From NCBI GenBank assembly GCA_002633005.1, contig NMRA01000171.1:478669-542668 (forward strand): DNA of 64,000 bases, read 5' to 3'. Both the position numbers and the translations under genes were made by a program. Position 1 is the first letter of the stretch. Each line of letters starts with the position of its first letter. This DNA comes from Phoronis australis. Its lineage: Eukaryota; Animalia; Phoronida. Under the pieces are notes generated by a model. That model did no database searches. It saw nothing but the letters and a program-made list of their open reading frames with translations, and had not been told where the DNA came from. This document shows, one piece after another, positions 51,101-62,600 of the stretch.

Positions 51101-54100
51101 CGAACGCCCAGACAGAGATGACGGCAATATATAAGTGGGAGCATGAAAATGAACAGGATCAAAAACATGACAAAAATGGAAATTTGGAATGCACCAAGTG
51201 TTACTCACGAATGGTTATTTGCAATGCTTTGCATTTCAAAAACTGGTATTTGTCCAAGAGCATGAAATCTAAAGCTCCTTCGTAACGCAATTAAACTGAT
51301 TACTGCTGTTACAATGACACATTGCTGGAATGCCTGTAAGTACGAACACTACCTACTGGTACATGGTAGTGCCTACCTGTATGCCGCCTTGAGTGTCCAG
51401 CAAACCGAGAGCTGTTGGTGGTACTATACTCACATAAGCTACACTTGTAACTGAAAACAGTGAAAGACCAGTAAAACTGATATGAAGGGCAGCACTACAA
51501 TCAGGAATTTGTTTTACAACATTATCAATTTGCTGATAAAACTAGAACTGGAACTTTAAAAGTGCCATGTTGCAGCTTTCTCGCAAACCTGTTTAGTGTT
51601 TGAATGGCAAGATTTGCTCGTCAGTTGGGGTTACACGACGAGTGACCTGAGAGACAACATTTAGCCAGTGGAAGTTAAGAAGGCTGCAATATAGCATTTT
51701 TTAATGCAGGTTCCACTGTTAGTTTCATCAGCGGGATGACTTAGCCAATCATTAGATTAGTTTCAAATGCACACACAGTGCTTATGACAGGTAAAATTCT
51801 ACCTTAGAAATCCAAAATTTCCGATCATGACTGACAAAAATTTTGACTGTGAACTCTACTTGCAGTCGACATCATGATGAGAAACTACGAGGCATTTTTT
51901 GTCAAGATTACTTTTGGCATTTACCGTAGATCATGTGATCGAACTGTTTCCACTACAGTGTGTTTGAAATAAGATATCAATGATTATTCTACCATTTATA
52001 TTTAGCAGGTAAAGCCACTCCATGCTCTTTGTACTGGTGAAAGTACAGCCCGCTCCGTACATAGGATGTGAATGAACACTGGTTACATCTGAATCGAGGC
52101 TGCTTTTGGTGGATGCGTTCAACATGAGTCTGAAATAGAATAAACTTTGGCCTGTAAAACTGTTTGAGAGTATATGAAGTTACAAAACTGGATACACTGA
52201 TGACCACTCTCTTATGACAGATGTTTGTAAATTCATTAACACTGTTGACTTGAGTGAGGTTGCAAGTCAGAGAATGTCAATCCACACCTAACATTATAAA
52301 AATTAAAACAAGTCATGGAGCATCACCAAGCAGACAGCTGTACTTGGACATATACATATTAATTACCAGCATACCAGCAGAGTTACAACTCAACAATTGC
52401 AATGACATTTGTATTTTAAACAGAACTGGGACCTCGATGCCTTAATTTTGTACACTTGCACCTCATCCACAAGGTGAGCGAACAAAATCTGTTAGGTTTC
52501 ACAGATTTTGATCAGAAAAGGAACAATTGGCTTTTACAGGCTAGAATTTAAGCTGAAGACATTATTGCCATGACTCACCTTTAGTGTTCCTTTTTGTGTG
52601 AATTTTTTTCCACACTCTTTACAAGCAAACGGCCTAATGTTCTCATGTCTCAAGTTATGAACAGTTAAATGTGTTTCTTGCCGGAACCGCTCACCGCACT
52701 TGTTGCAAACAAATGGACGATCTGAGCTATGCGTAGATATGTGTGCCTGCAGTCTGTGTATGTCTATGGAAGTGAAGGGACACAACTGGAAAACACAAGA
52801 CATGTTGTCATAAAACACACAGTGAAACAACAATGAAAACATTTCGAGCATCAATGAACATACAAACAATGTTGTCAAAAAAGCTTTCGTGCAACATTTG
52901 TCAAAATAACAAGCACTTGTCACAGGGTAAACTAAAGTGGATAAACATATTTTTAATGAGGAAATGAATTTTTTGCATAAAGAAAAGGCAGATGATTATC
53001 TATCCAAAAATTTCCTGAAAATGATCACTCAATTACAATTCCCAAAATTTACACGGTGAAGCAGTATCATTTCTTCAACTATAATCTTGAAAACAAGGCT
53101 GGGAAAATTAAATCAGGGTGCAAAATCAAGGATTAAAATAACAAGAAGAGAGCGTACTGACTTCTTAAAAGAGTTTGTGGAGTCTACCAAATAAAAACTT
53201 TGTCTTTGTTGCGATCTTGAAAATAAGATCAAGGTTGCCAAATTCAACAGGTGCCTAAAGTTGTCCCAACTACACCTTGAAAATAAATCTCAATGTAACC
53301 ACCTACACATCGGTATAAGCCTACATTTTCCGAAGTCAAAATTTCCTTGCTGTGTGGCAATGAAAATGATGTCACAGACACAAAAATCGGCTTGGAGTTT
53401 CTCTTGACCTACACCTTGATATAATGAACAAACATAAAGCTCCCTTCTTGATATATTGCGCCAACAACATTGTGTGACATCCAGTCGGATGGTCATGAAT
53501 ACTATATTGACATATGAACGAATTTTATGCAGAACTTCTGAATAAAAAATTACACATGACTGATAGATAAACTCAAGTCCATTAAAGGCCAAGGCAACCT
53601 TTTTCCATGTCATTTTGAGCTAAAATAAGGTTGGTTGGTTATCCTAGACATATTTTCCGCTTAATTACAGCTTTTCGTAATTTTATAAATTACTCGTCCG
53701 CAACTCCGGAAGTGATGTTTTAGGAGGCAAGCGTTTCCCGCCACTTGGTTTTGCGTTGACTTTACCGTGCGCATCTGTTCTATTCTACTTTCGTTTTGTT
53801 CTCTTTTTCAACAATTGTCGCCACCACTTTCCATCGGCGAGTATTCTGAGGCAAGATTGGTTAGTAGAGAACTCAACTACGTTGGATTTAGGGATTGTTT
53901 AGTGTGTTGTAAGCTGAAAATGTCTGGAGTCGGTGACCCCGCAGTGACAGTAGTGTGAGTGACGGAGACCTTGTTCACAGCAGTGGTGACGAGGATTTTT
54001 TTCACGGACATTCAGTGGGTGGGTACATGTTTGAGCCCGAGTATAACGAGGCAGAGTACGCACAGGCACANNNNNNNNNNNNNNNNNNNNNNNNNNNNNN

Positions 54101-55773
54101 NNNNNNNNNNNNNNNNNNNNNNNNNNNNNNNNNNNNNNNNNNNNNNNNNNNNNNNNNNNNNNNNNNNNNNNNNNNNNNNNNNNNNNNNNNNNNNNNNNNN
54201 NNNNNNNNNNNNNNNNNNNNNNNNNNNNNNNNNNNNNNNNNNNNNNNNNNNNNNNNNNNNNNNNNNNNNNNNNNNNNNNNNNNNNNNNNNNNNNNNNNNN
54301 NNNNNNNNNNNNNNNNNNNNNNNNNNNNNNNNNNNNNNNNNNNNNNNNNNNNNNNNNNNNNNNNNNNNNNNNNNNNNNNNNNNNNNACGACGGAACTTAA
54401 CACAACCGAGGTAGAACAATGACTGACTCGGCAGCTCTCACAGTCAGACTATATGAAAAGAAACTGGCGCGAAATGCTTGCCTCCTAAAACGTCACTTCC
54501 GGAGTAGCGGACGAGTAATTAATAAAATTACGAAAAGCTGTAATTAAGCGGAAATATGTCTAGGATAACCAACCAACCTTATTTTAGCTCAAAATGATAT
54601 GGAAAAAGGTTGCCTTCGCCTTTAAAAGCTGCCAGTCAGGCGTATATATCCAACGTGCATTACCTTACACCTGAGTATCTCGTAGCGACTTTCATCAAAG
54701 GGTACGCCGTGTTTTGACTTCATGTGCAGGTCAACAGATTTTAAAGCATAGTGCCTGTAATCACAAAAATCACATTTGTAGCGTCGATTGGATGCCACGG
54801 ACTTAGTTCCCACACTATTGCATTTCCTGCAATGTTCTAGGTATAGTTTGCTGTTTTTGAAATCTCTCTGGCACTTCAAACATTCAATCCGATTCAACCT
54901 GTCTTTTCTGGATAATACACAATGACTTCTGTGCTGTAAAATGTGTGGTTGGCCAGTGAACTGGTTAACGCTATTTGCCTCCGATTCGTTTTCACTACCT
55001 GGGGTAGTTAGCTCATGAAATCCAGAATTTTGTTTCTCTTGATCGCTAATTCTGTAATCATCATTCGGGGCTTCGCTGCCAGTGTTATCCTCATCACTCC
55101 AATCCTCACCACTACCATCACCTGCCATTGGCTCACGTATTACGGAGTTCCTGAACCTATCAGTCTCCATGTTTACAGAGTCTGAATAACGTTTTGGCAA
55201 AGTGCATTTGCGCCCAGAAACTTGACTCACATGCCATGTACTCGCACTTCTTGGTTCATTTAACTCTGCATTTTGTTTCTTTGGTTTATTTTTGCGTTCT
55301 ACTTTACTGACAGCCTTCAGCACAACACTGTCAATAATGTTGTGAACTTCTGCATACATCCGTGCCATAAACAGAGTGCTGTTGTCTGACATTGTTCCTG
55401 TGGTGATAAAGCCCCTACACGCGTCCACCACACTTGTGATCCCAAAGTCCTCCGCAATGTGCAGGACATCTTGGACACTACAGCTGCGAATTTTCAACAC
55501 CCCTGTGTACATGAACTCCACAAGAACAAGCAATACAGTGTACATTGCACTATCAAACTGTATGCTGACTTGAGCAGCGGTGCTCATTTGATGTTGACTT
55601 AACAAAGAGTTCATGTAGGGACTGCAGGCTGCCAGAACAATCCTGTGACCAAGAATGGAACATCCATTTGATTCTAGAGCAACATCGCATAAAGTCTGCT
55701 GTCTCCATAGTGACTCTAGCGCCTTGAATGTTTGTACATTGTGGTTCGAAACATGAAGAGTGATGACATCCAT
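45138..55773 (-). CDS. BTB/POZ plus C2H2 zinc-finger (ZBTB-like) protein; complement(join(55773..54664,52785..52579,52129..51993,51450..51377,49483..49400,48188..48091,47210..47048,45313..45138)), about 682 aa
   Basis: BTB signature LCDVAL...[12 protein letters not shown]...[10 protein letters not shown] in the first coding exon. About 10 fingers with TGEKP, SDRP and GEKP linkers, several split across introns (RCK|LCPF, RHTG|EKP). All seven introns are GT-AG with compatible phases (0,0,2,1,1,0,1), 2049 nt in total. The last exon is the least certain. Confidence 0.88.
45459..47015 (-). mobile_element. HINE/DINE-1-like element, copy B (BTB-ZF last intron)
   Basis: Reverse-complement homologue of copy A: 5' hairpin ATGCGCCC...GGGCGCAT, GTCT/GTCC microsatellite, the same internal units and the same 3' end. 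Confidence 0.75.
49519..51149 (-). mobile_element. HINE/DINE-1-like element, copy C (BTB-ZF intron)
   Basis: Plus-strand AACAAGAGCAATGCAGAGCGTTGAAATGTGCCCAC matches the reverse complement of the copy A 3' end; the same internal units (GCCAAATTTCATGAAAAT, CCACTAG.GG) are present. Confidence 0.75.
53586..54621. mobile_element. Kolobok-type DNA transposon (T2-like) with TIRs of about 150 bp and TTAA TSD; interior interrupted by an assembly gap
   Basis: TTAA|AGGC...GCCT|TTAA (TTAA at 53582-53585 and 54622-54625); near-perfect long inverted repeats 53586-53737 and 54471-54621; N gap at 54071-54386. Confidence 0.85.
54071..54386. other. Assembly gap (316 N); single Ns also at 25057, 34812, 40881 and 59276
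   Basis: Directly visible in the sequence. Confidence 0.98.
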
Positions 55774-56521
55774 AATTGCCTTTGATTACCCAGACTTGAA
55801 AGCTGAAAAATCAAATATAAGAAGATCGATATGGTCTATTATTAATTACGTGATTAACGAAAAATATACAAATTAAACACATTCACTAATAACATAGCAT
55901 AGTCACTCAGCAGCAAACTATACAGGGTGTAAGTCTGATTTAAAAATCAGGCTTACACTTGTACTGTAGGCATCACACTGCTGAATGCCGCCAGCCAGCC
56001 GAGGGGGGCGAGGGGCTATGTGTTCTCAAGCTCAGTTATGTGTTGCTGCTAGTCCGACTTGGTTCAATTTGTCCCCCAACCCTACTTGGGTCCTGGAACC
56101 ACTGGCACAGGTGCTTGTTCCTAACTTGAGCAGACTTGGTAAGGTAAACTGGTTAAGAATATTAACATGAGGATAATAAGAAAATGCCTTGTCACGTCTA
56201 CTTCTAACTTAGCCTTGGCGCAAAGCTGTATACTAAATATACATTTTGACGGTAGTCTTCATACAGCTAGCTGGCTACTTCTAACTTAGCCAGCCAGCTA
56301 GCTGTATGAAGACTGTCGTCAATTTAGTTTTTCAACTTTGTTTTGTACCAGTACCAAGGCTACAGTCAGATCACAAAGTTTGAGGATAGAGAGAAAGATC
56401 ACTAGTTCAAGACTCGGCGACTACAAGGTGATTTTTACTAATAGAACTGGCACTGAGAATTCCAAATCCTCAATACAATTCAATAGAAAACGAACACTAA
56501 ATGAAGAACAAACACACTCAC

Positions 56522-56680
56522 CACACAACCGAGTCCCAAACCTGCTAACAAGAATCACAAGGCCTACTGATACACGAGGTGGTCGCAAGATGGGGTACAA
56601 GTAGACTTTTGATGACCAATCAGCGGCTTAGTATCCGCTTCCTGCGGAGTAGCAAGCTGTAACTTCCAAGATGGTGGGAA
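56522..56680. promoter_or_regulatory. Putative compact bidirectional promoter shared by NDUFB9 (+) and the BTB-ZF gene (-), including a probable non-coding first exon of BTB-ZF
   Basis: Minus-strand donor gtgagt at 56521-56516 and minus-strand acceptor ttttcag just above 55802, upstream of the BTB-ZF ATG. CCAAT box GACCAATCAGC at about 56614, ETS-like GCTTCC at about 56637, and two YY1-like CAAGATGG cores (about 56586 and over the NDUFB9 ATG). Confidence 0.6.
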
Positions 56681-59600
56681 ACTTCATGAAGTTGACTCAC
56701 TTGTCTCATGCACAGAGGGTTTGTCGCTTGTACAAGAAGGCTTGTAGGACGACACAAGCATACTACCCCGAAAGGTTATTATTCTTACCTTCTGCATATT
56801 GTTTTGTCCGTGATAATCCTATCATCTCTTTTTGCAGTGACTGTAAAAAGACGCAACCTTTTTCTCTGTTGCTAACTAACTCTAGTCTCTATCGTCGATT
56901 TACTGGTATATGATATCGATAAACTTACTAATTCTTTCGATAGACATGCTAACTCTATCGATGGTTTTTCAAACTCTATAGATATACTTACTAACTCTAT
57001 CGATAGACTTGCGATCTCTATCAATAGACTTATTAGGTAAAAGTCTATTTGCCGGGTTCCTATTCAATCCTTCCATATCTCTTACAAAAATGATCACACA
57101 TGGATGACATATAATCCGGATACCTATCGTCGTCAGGCTCCAAAGGTCGTCCGCCATCTTCTTTCGCGTGCAGCGCAACCACGCGGGACTTAGCATTCCA
57201 ATTTGGAGTGCTCGTCTGCACATTAGGTACTAACCTCTCGGGAGAAACACGCATGGAAGAACTGAGACTAAAATTAATGCATTTACTGACTGTTTTTTTG
57301 ACACCACTTAAAAACTTGTAGATTTTACTAATGCACTTTTTTGTTCAATTTCAGAAGATATTCTTGAAATTAAATTTTCTTCAGACGGAACAAAAAACAA
57401 CTCAGGATTGTTTATGCAATGTATATTGTCCCAGGCACTAACCGACACCTGTTAGGCCAAAGGAAAAACGCAGCAGACAAATGGAACACGCTGGGTGCGT
57501 AACAGTTTCGGCCCACGCCTTGGTCATCAAAATATTGTACACTTGTTTGTTATTGCAAAACAAAGTACTGAGCTCAACATTTATGTTGAAAATTTTGGTT
57601 AAAGCATTTTGAATTTATTTGAAGGAAATTAAAATACTTGAATTGATAGAGAATGGCCACCAATAAAGTAAAACATTGACTTATTTCACTATATTGCATT
57701 ATTACAACACAGCATGACATAATCAAAAATAAAGAAGGGATTGAGCAATAAAATGCAAATGCAACTTGGGTAGTTATTTATTTATTTATGATTGCAGAAG
57801 CCTGTTAAAGGTGAGAAAAAATCAAACAATACGATATTGGGTAATTTATTAGAACAATTGTAACGAGGTTCAATAATCAACTTGCGCCGACAAAGTCCTC
57901 AAAGGGTTATAGTTCTGTTTTGGCTGACAAGGTGTTAACAGAGAACGAAGAGAAACTGAAAAGAAAAAGACAGCAGTGATAAGTGGTATTAAGAACAACA
58001 AGAGCAAAAAGTCAAATAAAGAGGACACAAATACAAAATAAGTAAGGTCTATCTGGAATAAAACAATTGCGATTTATTTTCCAGAACTGAAATTCTAAAT
58101 CAATTTTAATCGATTTAAAAATTGATATCATAATAGTAAAACGGTTTGTGGTTGAAGTAGAATTGCTGTAAACCACTTTCCCAGGGCTCAACATTAACTT
58201 TTTAAGCCACTTGTCCTTCGGGCAAGTAGTTGAAATTTTTACTTGCCCGAACAACGAATTCACTTGCCCCAAGTACAATCCCAAATAGCACCGTGCATGT
58301 GCACACCTAGGTAATGTGTTACCGTAGGGCTGCCTTTGCTGAGCCTCCTCTTGTGTTGTGCACGCTATATACATGAGTTGCTATTTTTTTAACGATTCGT
58401 CTTATAGAACATTTATTTATAAGGTGTGTCAAAACACTAGAGAGACAAATTAGAAGAGTAACTTTGGTATCTGAACCATAGTCACACGTTCACAGGCGCC
58501 GAAATGAGCTAGGGCATGAACTCTGGACACTTCTGTGTATTCATTATTTTATACGCCCTCATGCATTAAACTTGAGTTGTTGCTAACCTGAATTTCATTT
58601 TTTGCTATCCGTAAAAATCTTGCAGTTTTGGTCATCGGTAGCTTGTATTAAATTAAAATCAAATTTTAACATATAATAATGCCACATATACTTTTATTTT
58701 CAATAAATAATTACATTTTTGAAAAATAGATAGACCGCGAAAAAGTCAGACTTCAGAGCGGCAATCCCGAAGACCGTATTCCTCTTCTTTCGGGAGTCGC
58801 CACCGGGAGCCGGGAATTCATAAAAATGTCCTTTGGAATTCCCGCTGAATAAATACCAGGCCTTTTAAACCGCTGTGAAGTGTAGAAAATGTCGTCAATC
58901 TTTCATTTTTTAGCTTTTGCGCTTATCTGCATGACTTACAATTACATCCTCTGACGAACGCGGTGCTTCCAGCTGTACATAGGTAAACGCCGGCAAAAAT
59001 CAAACGTCATCCCTTGTTCACTGTCTTGCAGGCCAGAAAACCTAATTTCCCATGACGGAACCCATCCCCGCACTTTTTGTTTCATATTATTGCTTTGATT
59101 CTTCCTGAACTCGTTTTTAGCAACTAAACCAATGCCGTCCAGGCCTAGACGTTTTGCCAGAGTGCAGACGATCAGTAGTATCACGTGACAACTTATTCAG
59201 AAACTGCAGGCACGTTCAGAGAATCGAAAGGATTTGACCGCGAGCGTCATCTGTACACGTTGCACCACACTCGTTNAAGCTGCAGTTACCAACAAAAGAA
59301 AAATGCACAGATGATGTGTGGTTTATATTTTGACAACAGGTGTCACTGCTGCTCCATTTTATACGCACATAGAAAAGCATGAAACAGGCGAAAACTCAAA
59401 CATTTTAAATGGGGATGTTCTTGCGGCTCATCATATTATTAAAATAATGACATTTATTTTGCTTTTGGTATTTTTAAAAAAAGATGAAGTACATGAAATT
59501 ACAGCTCTGAAACACCAGTTTGGAGTTAAGCAAGGTCCATGTCCCTATATAAAGTACAGAATAGCAGTGGTATGTGAGTCTATTGAAAGCAGACACTCTG

Positions 59601-62600
59601 GCAACCAACCACGTGCTAATGATTGACAGGTCTACCAAATAGTTTGAACATAGTTTGAATATTGTAACATTTTAAATACATTGTATATTTCTTTCCCAGT
59701 TGAAAGGGCCAACTTTCCGCTTTGATTAACTGGGAGTCTTAGTAATCTTTCAATGTGGGTGTCCAAACTGGAGAAATTCTGATTGACAGGGCGTCCAAAT
59801 GATACATTGGGCGTCCTTGCCAGGGCATCTACATTAGTGCTAGGGCGTCCAAATGGACGCCCAGGACGTACGCTGCATGAAGGCCTGCTCCACGACCTGT
59901 TTTGACTCGACGCGGTAATGAGTTTGGATTTTGCCGCGTCGAGTTTGGGGAAAGCACGTCAAGTTTAAAAATTGCCGCGCCAGCTTTAAAACCTTGACTG
60001 ACTTGCTACTTCAGCCCTCAGCATCTAATCAAGGTGTCAAAAAGTAGGTCACACTCGACCAGTTCAATGTACATTTTTGAAACGCATATAAATACCTCCA
60101 GTGGAGATAGACAAGAGAAAAGACAGTGTTGACTACTGAAATGAACTCTAGAAATTTGTATCGAGTTTGGAATTGGTATTCTGGAGAACACTGTGCATTC
60201 ATGCGCATCCCACATCACACATTCACTTCAAAATAATGTGCATATATGTATCACATGTATATGAATTACGGGCACAAATTCATATTTCTGCAGTACTAGT
60301 TTACACATTTCGATGCTAGGTGTCCTTGTCATCGCACCTGAATTTCAATGGCTTCCGTGAAGAAACGAGAAATTTCTGCACTGTCACATATGCGAAGTTT
60401 GGCAGTGAATTTTTGGAAAAGGGAGGCTTGAATCGAAACAATTTTACTGTAGCAGTAAAGAATGGACTGTTACTAATCAATTGGGGCACATATCATCCAT
60501 GTGTGATCGCTTTTGTAGGAAATATGAAGGATTGAATAGGGACCTCGCACCTAGACTTTTACCAACTGATTAACTCTATTGATAGATTTATTAACTGTAC
60601 TATCGATAGACTTATTGACTCTATCGATAGTCTTACTATCTCTAGCAATAGAGTTATAAATATATTGATAGTTTTATTGCCTCATCAGTCAGCAGACGAC
60701 ATCGGTAACGAAACTGAGATTGCTGACCTCTTAAGATTGTTCTATATTCATTAAGAAACCCCGGCTTTACTTTGTCAGCAAATGGGATTTGAGCCATTAT
60801 ATTGTAGACATTTTTCACTAGGCACGAAACAGACTGTTGAAATTGTTCTTATATGTTGGACAAGTTTTGTTAATGATTTGTTGCATTGTAGTCATTCTAA
60901 AAGTTCGTTCTGTATTTGTCAGTTACTGGGTTTTTAGAGTCGGTCATAGATTTGTGATAAATTGTCTAAAGTCATGATTCTCAGATCACTGCAATGTTGC
61001 TCTCAAAATACTGTATTTTCTGATGAATCCAACAGTAAAAGTATTTTGTCTCACTGAATGAGTAATTAAAAATTCTTTTCTTGTGACTTGATGTAAACGG
61101 TGATTATGACTGTTTTTACAGGACACAGTTCAGGTACCATGTTGTTATACTACGTGACAGATTTGAACAGAACAAAAATTTACGAGACATGATTGCGGCT
61201 AAAAAACTTTTGGAAGATGGCGAACGAGAATTGTGGAAAGTACAGCACCCACAGCCACTGCAATGTAAGCAGAAACGAGGACAATCTCGTTTAAATTAGT
61301 CATTCTTATGCGCCCGTGTATTATTATGCGAGTGCATACTGACATCTTCATTTGGACAAGCATCTGGGTGTGTAGTACCCACTGCTGTGTCTGAAATTCT
61401 TTAATAGGTTCGGCACAGTTTGCCGAAAAACTGCAAAGATGTCCTTATTTTACAACATCCTTCTAAAACATTTGACAGATTTCTTTAAATTTGATAAATG
61501 GTTTGCTCGTATGTTGAGTTTTTTTACAGTATACTGTTAAGTCATAGCGTACGACATCCAATTTCACCGGTTGCATATGCTCGAAACCCTTGATGAAAAG
61601 AAACATTACTTGAGAATGATTTTGCGTGACTATGTCCATAGACCAATAATAATTTTCAAAGCGCTCAGTAATTTGAAGACAGTGCCATGTAAAGACTGGT
61701 CTAATTATTATTATTAATTTTGGAATTTCGTTATATTTTATTCAACTGGGTTCAAAACGTCAAATATATGCCCCCTAAACATGAGAATATGACTGTATAA
61801 ACACAAGTGTAGACATAATTAAAATGGTAAACTTTGATGTATTAAATAAGAAAATTTCATCATAGTTTATTCACATCGAGCTAAAGTTATTTCAAAATCT
61901 CAACATTATAATATCATTGCCATCTAGTGTCTGAGCTAAAGTTATTTCAAAATCTCAACAACATAATATTGCCATCTAGTGAGCTAAAGTTATTTCAAAA
62001 TCTCAACAACATAATATCATTGCCAAATGTAACGAGATTCTCTTGACTTCTGTACTTTCAACGTAAAGAAAACACGTGAACATTGAAAATTCCTTTTTGG
62101 TGAGTGCATTATTTTACACTACAGTACACAAAAAGTGTTATCTGATAAAATACCGCTTCTTCTGGTAATGACCCGTTCTGCTTGCTCTCGGCCATCATGA
62201 TGAAGTTCCGGTTTATTTTCTCTGATTAATTGTATTAATGTTTTGAGATCTTCAGCATCTTAACCCTATTTTCCCAAGTTTCGTTGACTCAAATTATTTT
62301 TTAGTTTACCAAAACATTTCCTTAAAATATGGGCACCCTTTGAGTGCTCATATGTGTGTTGACACTGCCAATATTGTGACCTGTGCAGGGATTAAGTCTT
62401 AGTGAGAATAGAAAATAGAATTGAAGGAATATGTTTCAGTTTGCGCTTTGATTATGCTATGTCTTCACCACACTGGATTGAGTGGTGTTGGCAATGCCTG
62501 TGAAACACTATTCAGTTCAGTGTTTCAGTGGACTGAGTGGTGTTGGCAGGGTCCATGAAACACTATTCAGTTCAGTGTTACAGTAGACTGAGTGGTGTTG

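Noticed and set aside
53955-54422. Long ORFs of 133-155 aa in four frames
   Set aside because: They are open only because they cross the 316-N gap.
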